Of a stretch of DNA of 64,000 bases, positions 1 to 10,295 are shown in pieces. Made by a program: the position numbers and the translations under genes. The notes beneath the pieces are model-generated. The model did no database searches, was not told where the DNA came from, and was given only the letters and a program-made list of their open reading frames with translations. Numbering within the stretch: position 1 is the first letter of the stretch; every line of letters starts with the position of its first letter. This DNA comes from Verrucomicrobiales bacterium. GTDB taxonomy: Bacteria; Verrucomicrobiota; Verrucomicrobiia; Verrucomicrobiales; V1-33. The stretch spans positions 13,838 through 77,837 of the forward strand of contig JANOAV010000091.1 in the NCBI GenBank assembly GCA_031411295.1, written 5' to 3'.

Positions 1-3000
1 GCCAATCCAGCACGAATGCGAATTCGTTCAGCGTGGCGTTCTTGCTCAACGTGCGGAACAGATTGAACACGGATCCCAAGTCCCCCTGCACTTCAAACTG
101 CGCGGTGGCCGCATCTATAATCACGAAAGGCGCGTCTTTTTCCAGAATGGTCACTTCATTTTGCCGCGTAAAATGTCCCTTGGCATCCAGCCCATTGCGC
201 AGGGTCAGATCCCGCAGCTTGGTTCCGGCCTCGGCTAGGGAAATATCGCGCAACACTGCGGAATCCAGATCCACGGCCAGGATGCGGATGAATTGACGGT
301 CTTTCAGATCAGCTAGTTTCATTGTCACCACACCGTTTTTGTCCGGTGTTAGGTTCCACAGCGTGGAACCGGGCTGGGACAGGAAATTCATGCTGCTGGG
401 GCCGGAGGGATTGGCGGCTTTTTGCTTGGCCAGATCTTCCTTGGCCTCACTTGGCTTCCGCGCCATGCGCGTGGCATTGGCCACGCCACCATCGGCTGCG
501 CGTCGGAATACTTCGCCCTCAGCCGCTTCGTCCATGGCGGTTTCCGTGTCCTGCACGGCCCATGGATTCAGCAACAGTCCTGGACGCGCCAGCAGGCTAC
601 CGGGGTATTTCTTCATCGTCCGCCGATCCAGCACATAGCGATATTCCTCACCCAACGTGCGACCGCTGAGGAATAATGATTTCAGACTAGCAGGCGTGCC
701 CACCATCGGTTCCAGTCCTGGGGCTTCCCCCAGCGGAGAAAACGAATTGAAGTCCGGCAGGAAACGACTCGCCAGCACATGGACGCGCGCATCGGGATCG
801 TTGCTACCTAACTGAATCATCAGGCTGTCGGCTCCCTGCTGCACCCCGTTGATTTGCAGGCCACGATACCCGCTGCGTTCCAGGTTGCGGGCTTCGCCTA
901 GCAGGAAGTTACCCGCTGGTTTACCCGCCGTCACCCGAATCGTCACCATCTTGGCAGGCTTGCCGTAGCGGAGGCTGTAGTCGCCTGGTTCCAAATTTTG
1001 CAGGATCAAATAGTCGTGCTTGATGCTGGCGGTCTTGTCAGAGAGTGCATCGCGCACGAACGTGCCCCGACGCGTTTCCAGCAGGGAAACCAAGCTGGCA
1101 TCCGGCTTGTCCCCGCCTTCCATCCATGGCAGGGACAGCGTTTCTCCCACGGCCATGTGGAGATTTTCCGGCGTTGAGAATTGATCTTGCGGCAGAATCC
1201 ACGTGCGCGACATCCCTTGTGGGTTTCTGACTTCCACACTGGAAATCCCCGCCAGATCACTCAGCGCAATCGACCCCGCTGCATCCGTCTTCAAGGATCG
1301 CGTGGCGTTTTCTGTGAATTCTCGACGATAAAATTTCACCGTGCACGCCTGCTCCGCGCGAGGCTCGCCCGTGCGCCCGAGGCATTGGACAAAGTAGTTA
1401 TTTCCTATCCGGCTAAAATACAGATCACCCGTATGATCGGACTTATCCAGTCCATTGATCGCCTGCGATCCGTTGGCTGAGAGATTCATTTTCTCGCCTG
1501 TTAGGAGACTCTTCACCTTGGCCTCAAGCGTGTAGTTCAACTGCGCCAAACGCTCCGGCACGGTGAACGTAAACGTCGCCTCCCGATCCATCGTGAGCTT
1601 GAAATCCGGCTGCGCCACCGTGGCATTCACACCATCGATGTTCGTGGAAACGATGGTTAGTTTCACTTCCTCCAGCAACGATAAATCCGTCGGCGCGCCA
1701 TTCACGGTCAACGTGGGGCGAATGGCCAACTGCACTTGGCGGCCACTGATCAGCGATTCATGCGGCACGTGGAAGCCTGCGGTGAGTCCGTAATTTTCGC
1801 CCACCAGCGTGATTTGTTCCAACTGTGCAAAGCCGCCGCCGTCCGTTAGGATGACCGGTTGAGGTCCCGGCTGATTGGAAAATGGCAGGAGAATTTCGCC
1901 ATGATCATCCGCCTTGAATTCCTGAGCGCCCACCAGCGCAGTGGCCTTGGGCATGGGTTGCAGCGCTTCGTCCAGAATGATCAGCGCGGTGCCCGCACTG
2001 CTGGGACGGGTGACGTAATGCAACTCGCCCTTGCGGATCAAGGCTCGGCTGGACTTCCCATTACCGAAGAAATCCACCATCCACAAGCCGCGTTTGCCCC
2101 CGAGTAGCGGGACTAAGAAATAGCGTGGCACCCGCTGGATCGGGGCTACCGCGTATTCCGCGGCTTGTTGCACATTGGCAATCAAGCCGTCCAGATTCAA
2201 ATCCGTGCCGATCTGCGTCCGCATGGAGCGGTAGAAATTCAGGGTATTGATCTCAAAAATGCTCGCGCTGAGCTTCGGCACATTTTTCACATAGAGATCC
2301 AGACTTACTTCTGCGGTCGGCAGGAAATGTTCCGGATTGGTGGCGGCAAATTCCAAGTCCACCCGCTCGCGCAGCGCCTGCACGGCGGTGGGAGAGATGA
2401 GGGAGAACCATTTCTCTGGATCACCCTGGGCGGTGGTGAGCTTGGCTTCGGCTAGAAGAGAATTTAAATAATGCTCTTCCACGTAGGGCTTATAGGTCTC
2501 ATGGGACTTCTCTACCGTGGCCAGGAAATGCAATAAATACGCCCGCACCACAGGCTCATCATCCCCGATAGGACGGATTCCTAATGCAGCACTGGGGTCG
2601 TTATTCAGGTCCACTGCGTGGCGGAAGAGTTCCTGATTCTCCCGATACTTCGGACTCATATAACCAACATTTCTTGGAAGCTTGAGATAAGCCAGGAAAG
2701 GTTCGGCATTCAATTTGCCCAGTTTCTGGTCATGCTTCAGGCGCTCAAAGAGGATCTGCGCTTTCAGCGTATTGAAGCCAGGATTCAGATCCTTCACAAA
2801 GGCATACGCCGCATCCAGCCATGCTTCGCGCGCGGCGGTGTTCGTTTCCCAATTAATATCCGCCTGAGGCCGAAGTTTCCCCAGCCATGTCTGAACGAAC
2901 CCACCAGCTGTTAGCAATTCCGGTCGTGCCTTGGCCAATTCCGCCAGTTGTGCCACGAGCAACTGCCCGTGAATTGGAAATTCGCCAAATCCACGCGATT

Positions 3001-3613
3001 CCTTGGTCTTCAGATCATCCAGAATCAGCGGCACCAGACCAGCGGCATCCGGGCGTTTCACTTGCTGAAGCAGCAAACGACGCTGGATCGGGTTCAGCGC
3101 CACTTTGTTCAGCAGTAAATATTCAATGCCTTCAGGTGTTAGGCCGATGAGTTGGTTCGGGTCCCGCAGCGCTTGTTTGATATACAGCGCCATTTCGATT
3201 TCCTTGGGGTCCAACGCCGTGGGCAGGTCCGGTTTGGGGTTCAGCGTTTGTTGAGCGTGATTGAAATCCACATGCAGTGTCTCGCGCAGATACTTGAGCG
3301 TGGCCTGCGGGTCCGTTTCATAATTCAACAACGCCTGCCGATGCCGAATCTGCGTCAGCAGTGGCGAGTGCTCATTGCGTGCGGTCCACTGGGCAAGCAG
3401 CGCATCCAACTCCGCCTTTTTCCCCGTGTTCTGATAGTGCAGCGCGTGGAAGAAATAATAGTCCTCCGTGCCTGCAATCAGCTCCTTCAGAACCGCCCCA
3501 CGATCCTCCGCGAGAGCAAATTTTTCAATGAAGCCGATTTCTTGAGCGGCACACGCATCGTAAGCAAAGAAAGAATACATGGCCAAGGTTAGCAGGAGAG
3601 AACGTGTTTTCAT
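1..3613 (-). CDS. Giant secreted protein of unknown function, copy A (5' part only; runs off the left edge); tandem paralogue of 3849..10256
   Basis: Positions 1..3613 align colinearly with 6641..10256 (e.g. gccaatccagcacgaatgcgaattcgttcagcgtg vs gccagtccagcacgaaggcaaactcgttcagcgtg), with a net 3-nt length difference. ATG at 3613 gives MKTRSLLLTLAMYSFFAYDACAAQEIGFIEKFALAEDRG. The ORF track shows no long minus ORF ending here, consistent with a frame open to the edge. Confidence 0.9.
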   Translation of the reverse strand, partial: MKTRSLLLTLAMYSFFAYDACAAQEIGFIEKFALAEDRGAVLKELIAGTEDYYFFHALHYQNTGKKAELDALLAQWTARNEHSPLLTQIRHRQALLNYETDPQATLKYLRETLHVDFNHAQQTLNPKPDLPTALDPKEIEMALYIKQALRDPNQLIGLTPEGIEYLLLNKVALNPIQRRLLLQQVKRPDAAGLVPLILDDLKTKESRGFGEFPIHGQLLVAQLAELAKARPELLTAGGFVQTWLGKLRPQADINWETNTAAREAWLDAAYAFVKDLNPGFNTLKAQILFERLKHDQKLGKLNAEPFLAYLKLPRNVGYMSPKYRENQELFRHAVDLNNDPSAALGIRPIGDDEPVVRAYLLHFLATVEKSHETYKPYVEEHYLNSLLAEAKLTTAQGDPEKWFSLISPTAVQALRERVDLEFAATNPEHFLPTAEVSLDLYVKNVPKLSASIFEINTLNFYRSMRTQIGTDLNLDGLIANVQQAAEYAVAPIQRVPRYFLVPLLGGKRGLWMVDFFGNGKSSRALIRKGELHYVTRPSSAGTALIILDEALQPMPKATALVGAQEFKADDHGEILLPFSNQPGPQPVILTDGGGFAQLEQITLVGENYGLTAGFHVPHESLISGRQVQLAIRPTLTVNGAPTDLSLLEEVKLTIVSTNIDGVNATVAQPDFKLTMDREATFTFTVPERLAQLNYTLEAKVKSLLTGEKMNLSANGSQAINGLDKSDHTGDLYFSRIGNNYFVQCLGRTGEPRAEQACTVKFYRREFTENATRSLKTDAAGSIALSDLAGISSVEVRNPQGMSRTWILPQDQFSTPENLHMAVGETLSLPWMEGGDKPDASLVSLLETRRGTFVRDALSDKTASIKHDYLILQNLEPGDYSLRYGKPAKMVTIRVTAGKPAGNFLLGEARNLERSGYRGLQINGVQQGADSLMIQLGSNDPDARVHVLASRFLPDFNSFSPLGEAPGLEPMVGTPASLKSLFLSGRTLGEEYRYVLDRRTMKKYPGSLLARPGLLLNPWAVQDTETAMDEAAEGEVFRRAADGGVANATRMARKPSEAKEDLAKQKAANPSGPSSMNFLSQPGSTLWNLTPDKNGVVTMKLADLKDRQFIRILAVDLDSAVLRDISLAEAGTKLRDLTLRNGLDAKGHFTRQNEVTILEKDAPFVIIDAATAQFEVQGDLGSVFNLFRTLSKNATLNEFAFVLDW

Positions 3614-3640
3614 AAGCATGTTTGGGAATCGGGGTCTTGG

Positions 3641-3650
3641 AGTATATCAC
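3641..3650 (-). promoter_or_regulatory. Putative extended -10 promoter (TGaTATACT) for copy A
   Basis: Reverse complement of agtatatcac is gTGaTATACT, ~28 nt upstream of the ATG. An equivalent element sits upstream of copy B. Confidence 0.5.
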
Positions 3651-3848
3651 GGAAATTTGAGAAAGTAGGTAAATTTGTGGCCTGAAACCGTAGCTTTACC
3701 GGTTGGGGATCGGCCCCAAGTCCGGCTGCGTGAGGGCATACGGACTGGAGCGCGATTTCTTGGAGAATTTCCGAAAAATTCACTTCGAGTCTCGGCCTTA
3801 CTTGATCCCGCTCTAACGAGTCTTGGCCGTTCGTGGTTTAACCTCTAT

Positions 3849-6800
3849 TCACTGCTGCGGTGGCTTCACCTCTTTGACAGCAGCACCATGTTGCTCACTG
3901 ATGATGAGGATGCCGAACTTCGTGGCATGGTCCAGTTCCTGGGTGCTGAGGCTCAGGTAGTCGAACTTTCCGCGGAGGTCGGTGTAACCGTCTTTGTAGA
4001 ATTTAGGCTGGCCGTTGATCTCTGCGAAGACTTTCACGTAGGTCTTGGCGAGCGGCCGATTGTCTCCGGCGTGGAGGACTTGCAGGCGGCCTTGGGCTTC
4101 GCTGAGGACGACATTGAGTTCGTTGGCATAGTAGGCGTGGGCGCTGGTTTTGCCGGCGGAGGTGATTTCCACCAGCACGTTGCTGCTGAAGAATTCCTTG
4201 GGCAGCGGCAGGGTGTGCGCTTCTTTGTCAGCGGGAAGCACGACGCGCTCGGTCTTGTTTGGGGTGATCATGCGGAAGCGACTGGTATCGCTGCTGACAA
4301 AGGGGGCGGTGCTGAAGAGAAACTCCAGGTCCATGGGGTAATAATTTACCACGACGTCCTTCACGTTGTGATACTTCAGACGAATCTCCCGGTTCTCCAC
4401 GGTGAAGTCCAGCGTTGGCTCGGAGGCGGCCAGTTGGTTTTGACGTTGTTCACGATCATCCTCCTTGGCTCCTTCGGGCTTCTTGCCGTCGATCTCATCC
4501 AACTGCGCGATGACTTCGTTAAACTTATCCCTCCAGCGCGGCACGCTTTCCTTAGTGTGAGCCAGAGCGATCTTCCGGGCGGTGGCGGTGTCTTCTTGAT
4601 AGAAGGCCAGCACGCATTGGAGATAGGCCAGCTGCAATTGTTCGGCCACCTTGGTTTGATCCACCTTGGCGAACCATGCCAGGGCTTCCTCCACGCGATC
4701 CTGCAACAGCAGGTAATACGTGACCGCCAGTTGTTCTTCCGCGCCCAGCTTCGGCTGATGCGCCAACACGTTGAGCAACTTTTGATATTGCGTCAGGAAA
4801 TGATCGTTCAGGATGACCCGATTCGTCCCCAGCAGATGCGCCCGGGCGTTGACCAGCGGGCTGTATTCCAACTGTTCGTAGGCGTAGCGTTTCACGGGAT
4901 CTAACGTCACCAGCTTGCTGTTCAAGTTCTCCACCACCTCCTGCAGGAACCCATCCTGATGCTGCAGCCACTGGCTTAGTGCAGTGGTGTCATCGTGTTG
5001 GATGCTGTAAGACCAAAGTGTGGGCGCATAGACGTGGCGGGCATCCAACAGTGGGATCACCTTGCTGAAGAATGCCTTGTCCTTGCAGCGCCAGGCGACT
5101 TTATCCAAGTCCAGCAGATGCAGGTTGGCCTTGTCCATGAACGCCAGCACTTCGTCTGCTTTCGCAAACTGGCTGACATAATCCCAGGAGGTCGTGTCCA
5201 GCTTCGTCAGTTCATTTACAACGGTGAAATTGAACGGCTCAGCAAAGGCCACCACCTTCTCGGATTTGCTAACATGAACCGGATGATGGGCGTATTTCCC
5301 AGCCTTGGGGAAATAGAAGAAATAGTCCTGGGTGTGCGTCCGGTAAGCATCGAGCGTCAGTGGGACATTGTCCGTAGGCTTGGAGCCTAACACGGCAATA
5401 GCGCCTTGGGGTATTTGCACCAGCAGGTCCAGCTTCTGTTGAGATGAGGTGGGATTTGTCACCACCACCTGACAACCATAAACGATGCCGGTGAGGAATT
5501 CCTCGCTCACGAACTTGTCCGTCTTCTCATTTCCGTTCTGCGTGTAGCGATCTCCGTTGCGATAGAAATTCTGGCTCACGAGCAGCTTCGGAGCTTCCTT
5601 GTCGAGTTCCGCAGGCTTGATTTCGCGATGGAACAAGAGCACGCGGTTCGTGGGGGTCAGGGTTAGACTGAGGTCCTTCACTTCCGATTTCGGAGCCTTG
5701 GCATCCTTCGGAAATGGCAGATCCAGCACCGACAACGCGAACATCATTTCGGTGAAATTTCCTGCCGCGGCACTGACGTTCGTAGAAAGGAACCCACCCT
5801 TGCCATCCCAAGCGGCATAGTCCGCCCAAAAGGCATTGGCATCCACCAGTGCAGCCAATTGTTCATGGATCCGCAAATGATAGTAATTGTTTTCCGCCCA
5901 TTCTTTCGTTGGAGGTTGCTTGCGGTAGAACTCTTGCTTGCCGGGTTCCTTGCGGGCCAGCTTGTCCACCTCGGCTAATCTTTCGCGGCCGCTGAATGCC
6001 AGATCGCCTTTATCGGACATAAAATCAGCATCAGCACTGGCCTTCTCTAGCGTCATGCCTTTCAGCTCCTTCATCGCCCGGTTCGCTTTGGCGCCGGATC
6101 CCCTGCCTCCTCCAGACAAAGGCCCTGAGGCATCACCGGTCGGGGCAGCCATGGCGGCCGCTGGCGCTGGTGGCGCAGCCCCTGGCTTCATAGCCGCACC
6201 AAGTTGGAGCTGCTGCAGTTCCTCAGCTCCATTCGCGCGCCTATCGCTCAGCTCCTGCACCATCTTTTTACCGTCACTGCGTAACGAAGAATCCCCCAGC
6301 GCAGTTTCGAATAACAGCGCCAACTGCGTCACATTCACTGGCTGCGTGTGCCACAGATCACGAATCTCGCGAGCCGTCACGGCGGCTTGTTCCGGTAAAC
6401 GTTGCCCCAGCAGAATCCGCTCCACCACATTCAGCCGACCGTAGTTCCAAGCGGGCAAATATCCCTGCATCGGTTTAGCTAGTAAATAATCATCGAGGAA
6501 CGTCTTGTCCCGTTTGTTGGCATAGTAAGGCAGCACGACGGACTTGAAGAACTCCGGGTCCTTCCTGGCAATGAAAAAGCTGAGTTCATGGCAGGCATGT
6601 TGCGAGAACAACTCCTGTTTCTTGGCCGCCTCCAGCGTGGGCCAGTCCAGCACGAAGGCAAACTCGTTCAGCGTGCCATTCTTGCTTAGGGTGCGGAAGA
6701 GGTTGAACACCGCCCCCAAATCTCCGTTCACTTCAAACTGTGCGGTGGCCGCATCCTTAATCGTAAACGGGGCGTCCTTTTCCAAAATGGTCACTTCATT

Positions 6801-9800
6801 TTGCCGTGTGAAATGGCCCTTGGGATCGAGTCCATTGCGCAGGGTGAGATCCCGCACCTTGGTGCCAGCATCCGCCAACGAAATATCGCGCAACACGGCG
6901 GAATCCCGATCCACCGCCAGAATGCGGATGAACTGACGGTCTTTCAGATCGGCTAGTTTAACTGTCACGAGGCCGCTTTTATCCGGGGTTAGGTTCCACA
7001 GCGTGGCACCGGGTTGAGACAGGAAATTCATGCTGCTGGGGCCGGAAGGATTGGCCGCTTTTGCCTTCTCCATTTCCTGTTTGGCATCGCTCATCGATTT
7101 TTTCGCCATGCGGGCGCCATTGGCAACTCCCCCGTCCGCTTGCCGCCGAAAATCTTCTCCCGCAGCCGCTTCATCCATGGCGGTAGCCGTATCCTGCACG
7201 GCCCAGGGATTCAGCAATAGGCCGGGACGCGGCAGCAGGCTGCCGGGGTATTTCTTTATCGTCCGCCGATCGAGCACATAACGATATTCCTCACCCAGCG
7301 TGCGACCGCTGAGGAACAAGGATTTCAAGCTCGCAGGCGTGCCCACCATCGGTTCCAGCCCGGGAGCTTCTCCCAGCGGGGAAAAGGAATTGAAGTCCGG
7401 CAGGAAACGGCTCGCCAGCACATGGACGCGGGCATCAGGATCGTTGCTGCCTAACTGGATCGTCAGACTGTCGGCTCCCTGCTGCACCCCGTTGATTTGC
7501 AGTCCCCGATACCCGCTGCGTTCCAGCGTGCGGGCCTCACCGAGGAGGAAATTGCCCGCTGGTTTACCCGCCGTCACCCGAATCGTGACCATCTTGGCGG
7601 GCTTGCCGTAGCGGAGCCTGTAGTCACCGGCTTCGAGGTTTTGCAGCATCAAATAGTCGTGCTTGATGCTGGCGGTCTTGTTAGAGAGCGCATCGCGCAC
7701 GAACGTGCCCCGACGCATTTCCAATAGGGAAACCAAACTCGGATCCGGCTTATCGACGCCTTCCATCCAGGGCAGCGACAGGGTTTCCCCCACCGCAATG
7801 TGAAGGTTTTCCGGGGTGGAAAATTGATCTTGCGGCAGGATCCACGTCCGTGACATCCCCTGTGGATTGGTCACTTCCACCGTGGAAATTCCATCCAACT
7901 CACCGAGCGCAATCGATCCCGTGGCATCCGTCTTCAACGCGCGCGTGGTGTTCTCGGTGAACTCCCGACGATGGAATTTAAACGTGCAGGCCTGCTCCGC
8001 GCGAGGCTCGCCCGTGCGGCCGAGACACTGGACGAAGTAGCTAGTTCCCATCCGACTGAAATACAGATCGCCCGTGTGATCCGATTTATCCAGCCCATTG
8101 ATCGCCTGCGATCCGGTGGCAGAGAGATTCATTTTCTCGCCCGTTAGGAGGCTTTTCACCTTGGCCTCCAGCGTGTAGTTCAATTGCGCCAAACGTTCCG
8201 GCACCGTGAACGTAAATGTTGCCTCCCGATCCATCGTGAGCTTGAAATCCGGTGCCGACACCGTGGCATTCACGCCATCAATGTTCGTGGACACGATGGT
8301 TAATTTCACTTCTTCCAATAAGGACAAATCCGTCGGAGCGCCATTCACCGTCAGCGTGGGACGAATCGCCAACTGCACTTGGCGGCCACTGATGAGCGAT
8401 TCATGCGGGACGTGGAAGCCCGCGGTGAGCCCGTAAGTTTCCCCCACCAACGTGATTTGCTCCAACTGAGCAAAGCCACCACCGTCCGTTAGGATGACCG
8501 GTTGCGGTCCGGGTTGATTGGAAAATGGCAGTAATATTTCGCCCCGTTCATCGGCCTTGAATTCCTGCGCGCCCACCAATGCCGTGGCCTTGGGCATCGG
8601 TTGCAGCGCTTCATCCAAAATGATGAGCGCAGTGCCCGCACTGCTGGGACGGGTGACGTAATGCAACTCGCCCTTGCGGATCAAGGCTCGGCTGGACTTC
8701 CCATTACCGATGAAATCCACCATCCATACGCCGCGCTTGCCCGCGAGTTGCGGGAATTTGAAATTGCGTGGCACCCGCTGGATCGGGGCTTCGGCGTATT
8801 CCACGGCTTGTTGCACATTGGCAATCAAGCCGTCCAGATTCAAGTCGGTGCCAATTTGCGTCCGCATGGAGCGGTAGAAATTCAGGGTGTTGATCTCAAA
8901 AATACTCGCGCTCAGTTTCGGCACATTTTTCACAAAGAGATCCAGACTAACCTCAGCGGTCGGCAGGAAATGGTCCGGATTGGTGGCGGCAAATTCCAAG
9001 TCCACACGCTCCCGCAGCGCCTGCACCGCAGTCGGGGAAATCAGAGAAAACCATTTCTCCGGATCGCCCTGGGCGGTGGTGAGCTTGGCTTCGGCTAGGA
9101 TAGCGTTGAGATAACCTTCTTCAATATAGGGCTTATAGGTCGTATAGGTCTTATCTTCGCCAGCCAGAAAATGCAGCAAATACGCCCGCACCACAGGTTC
9201 GTCATCACGGATCGGCTGGCAACCAAGGGCCGCGCTGGGATCATTGTTCAAGTCCACTGCGTGGCGGAAGAGTTCTTCATTTTCCCGATACTTTGGACTC
9301 ACATAACCCACATGCTTGGGGAGTTTGAGGTAGGCCAGGAAGCGCTCGGCATCCAATTTTCCCAGCTTCTGATCGTGTTTCAAGCGCTCGAAAAGAATCT
9401 GCGCTTTCAGCGTATTGAATCCTGGAGTGAGATCCTTCACAAACTTATACGCCGCATCCAACCACGCTTCACGTGCCGCCGGGTTCGTCTCCAAATTAAC
9501 GTCCGCCTGCGGCCGAAGTTTCCCCAACCACGTCTGCACGAAACCACCGGAAGTCATTAACTCCGGCCGCGCCTTGGCCATTTCTGCGAGCTGTGAAACG
9601 AGCAATTGCCCATGAATCGGGAACTCTCCAAACCCACGCGATTCCTTGGTCTTCAGATCCTCCAAGATCAGCGCCACCAAACCTGCTGCATCCGGTCGCA
9701 TCACCTGTTGCAACAACGCACGACGCTGCACGGGACTCAGCGCCACTTTGTTTTGCAACAAATACTCAATGCCTGCTGGCGTCAGACCGATGAGTTGATT

Positions 9801-10256
9801 GGGATCGCGCAGCGCTTGCTGCAGATAGCGCTCCATCTCGATTTTCTTGGGATCCAAGACTGTGGGCAGGTCCGGCTTGGGGTTGAGCGTCTGCTGGGCG
9901 TGATTGAATTCGACATGCAGGGTATCGCGTAGATACTTCAAGGTCGCTGGCGGATCCGTTTCATAGTTGAGCAACGCCTGCCGATGCCGGATTTGCTTCA
10001 GCAAGGGCGAGTGCTCATTCCGGGCGGACCATTGCGTCATCAGCGCTTCCAATTCCGCCTTCTTACCGGTATTTTGGTAATGCAGCGCATGGAAGAAATA
10101 ATAGTCTTCGGTGCCAGCAATCAACTCCTTCAGAATCGCCCCACGATCCTCCGCGAGAGCAAATTTTTCAATGAAGCCAATTTCTTGAGCGGCACGCGCA
10201 TCGTAAGCAAAGAATGAATACATGGCCAAGGTTAGCAGGAGCGAACGGGTTTTCAT
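3849..10256 (-). CDS. Giant secreted protein of unknown function, copy B (~2135 aa); helical/TPR-like and macroglobulin-like beta segments
   Basis: Long ORF. Start reassigned to MKTRSLLL (10256) because it gives a signal peptide (..ARA|AQE) and similarity with copy A coding sequence begins there. C-terminal motif FYKDGYTDLRGKFDY; TPR-like YYLLLQDRVEEALAWF. Confidence 0.85.
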   Translation of the reverse strand: MKTRSLLLTLAMYSFFAYDARAAQEIGFIEKFALAEDRGAILKELIAGTEDYYFFHALHYQNTGKKAELEALMTQWSARNEHSPLLKQIRHRQALLNYETDPPATLKYLRDTLHVEFNHAQQTLNPKPDLPTVLDPKKIEMERYLQQALRDPNQLIGLTPAGIEYLLQNKVALSPVQRRALLQQVMRPDAAGLVALILEDLKTKESRGFGEFPIHGQLLVSQLAEMAKARPELMTSGGFVQTWLGKLRPQADVNLETNPAAREAWLDAAYKFVKDLTPGFNTLKAQILFERLKHDQKLGKLDAERFLAYLKLPKHVGYVSPKYRENEELFRHAVDLNNDPSAALGCQPIRDDEPVVRAYLLHFLAGEDKTYTTYKPYIEEGYLNAILAEAKLTTAQGDPEKWFSLISPTAVQALRERVDLEFAATNPDHFLPTAEVSLDLFVKNVPKLSASIFEINTLNFYRSMRTQIGTDLNLDGLIANVQQAVEYAEAPIQRVPRNFKFPQLAGKRGVWMVDFIGNGKSSRALIRKGELHYVTRPSSAGTALIILDEALQPMPKATALVGAQEFKADERGEILLPFSNQPGPQPVILTDGGGFAQLEQITLVGETYGLTAGFHVPHESLISGRQVQLAIRPTLTVNGAPTDLSLLEEVKLTIVSTNIDGVNATVSAPDFKLTMDREATFTFTVPERLAQLNYTLEAKVKSLLTGEKMNLSATGSQAINGLDKSDHTGDLYFSRMGTSYFVQCLGRTGEPRAEQACTFKFHRREFTENTTRALKTDATGSIALGELDGISTVEVTNPQGMSRTWILPQDQFSTPENLHIAVGETLSLPWMEGVDKPDPSLVSLLEMRRGTFVRDALSNKTASIKHDYLMLQNLEAGDYRLRYGKPAKMVTIRVTAGKPAGNFLLGEARTLERSGYRGLQINGVQQGADSLTIQLGSNDPDARVHVLASRFLPDFNSFSPLGEAPGLEPMVGTPASLKSLFLSGRTLGEEYRYVLDRRTIKKYPGSLLPRPGLLLNPWAVQDTATAMDEAAAGEDFRRQADGGVANGARMAKKSMSDAKQEMEKAKAANPSGPSSMNFLSQPGATLWNLTPDKSGLVTVKLADLKDRQFIRILAVDRDSAVLRDISLADAGTKVRDLTLRNGLDPKGHFTRQNEVTILEKDAPFTIKDAATAQFEVNGDLGAVFNLFRTLSKNGTLNEFAFVLDWPTLEAAKKQELFSQHACHELSFFIARKDPEFFKSVVLPYYANKRDKTFLDDYLLAKPMQGYLPAWNYGRLNVVERILLGQRLPEQAAVTAREIRDLWHTQPVNVTQLALLFETALGDSSLRSDGKKMVQELSDRRANGAEELQQLQLGAAMKPGAAPPAPAAAMAAPTGDASGPLSGGGRGSGAKANRAMKELKGMTLEKASADADFMSDKGDLAFSGRERLAEVDKLARKEPGKQEFYRKQPPTKEWAENNYYHLRIHEQLAALVDANAFWADYAAWDGKGGFLSTNVSAAAGNFTEMMFALSVLDLPFPKDAKAPKSEVKDLSLTLTPTNRVLLFHREIKPAELDKEAPKLLVSQNFYRNGDRYTQNGNEKTDKFVSEEFLTGIVYGCQVVVTNPTSSQQKLDLLVQIPQGAIAVLGSKPTDNVPLTLDAYRTHTQDYFFYFPKAGKYAHHPVHVSKSEKVVAFAEPFNFTVVNELTKLDTTSWDYVSQFAKADEVLAFMDKANLHLLDLDKVAWRCKDKAFFSKVIPLLDARHVYAPTLWSYSIQHDDTTALSQWLQHQDGFLQEVVENLNSKLVTLDPVKRYAYEQLEYSPLVNARAHLLGTNRVILNDHFLTQYQKLLNVLAHQPKLGAEEQLAVTYYLLLQDRVEEALAWFAKVDQTKVAEQLQLAYLQCVLAFYQEDTATARKIALAHTKESVPRWRDKFNEVIAQLDEIDGKKPEGAKEDDREQRQNQLAASEPTLDFTVENREIRLKYHNVKDVVVNYYPMDLEFLFSTAPFVSSDTSRFRMITPNKTERVVLPADKEAHTLPLPKEFFSSNVLVEITSAGKTSAHAYYANELNVVLSEAQGRLQVLHAGDNRPLAKTYVKVFAEINGQPKFYKDGYTDLRGKFDYLSLSTQELDHATKFGILIISEQHGAAVKEVKPPQQ

Positions 10257-10285
10257 AAGCAATATTTGGGAATCGAAAGTGGCGG

Positions 10286-10295
10286 AGTTTAGCAC
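10286..10295 (-). promoter_or_regulatory. Putative extended -10 promoter (TGcTAAACT) for copy B
   Basis: Reverse complement of agtttagcac is gTGcTAAACT, ~30 nt upstream of ATG 10256. Position is conserved with copy A. Confidence 0.45.

Noticed and set aside
3675..4904. 409-aa plus-strand ORF (and many similar plus-strand ORFs across 1-30 kb)
   Set aside because: Antisense shadows of long GC-rich minus-strand genes; no recognisable motifs.
1..10256. Duplication as an assembly artefact or a diversity-generating retroelement template/variable pair
   Set aside because: Differences are spread throughout, often synonymous and not adenine-specific; no reverse transcriptase in the window.
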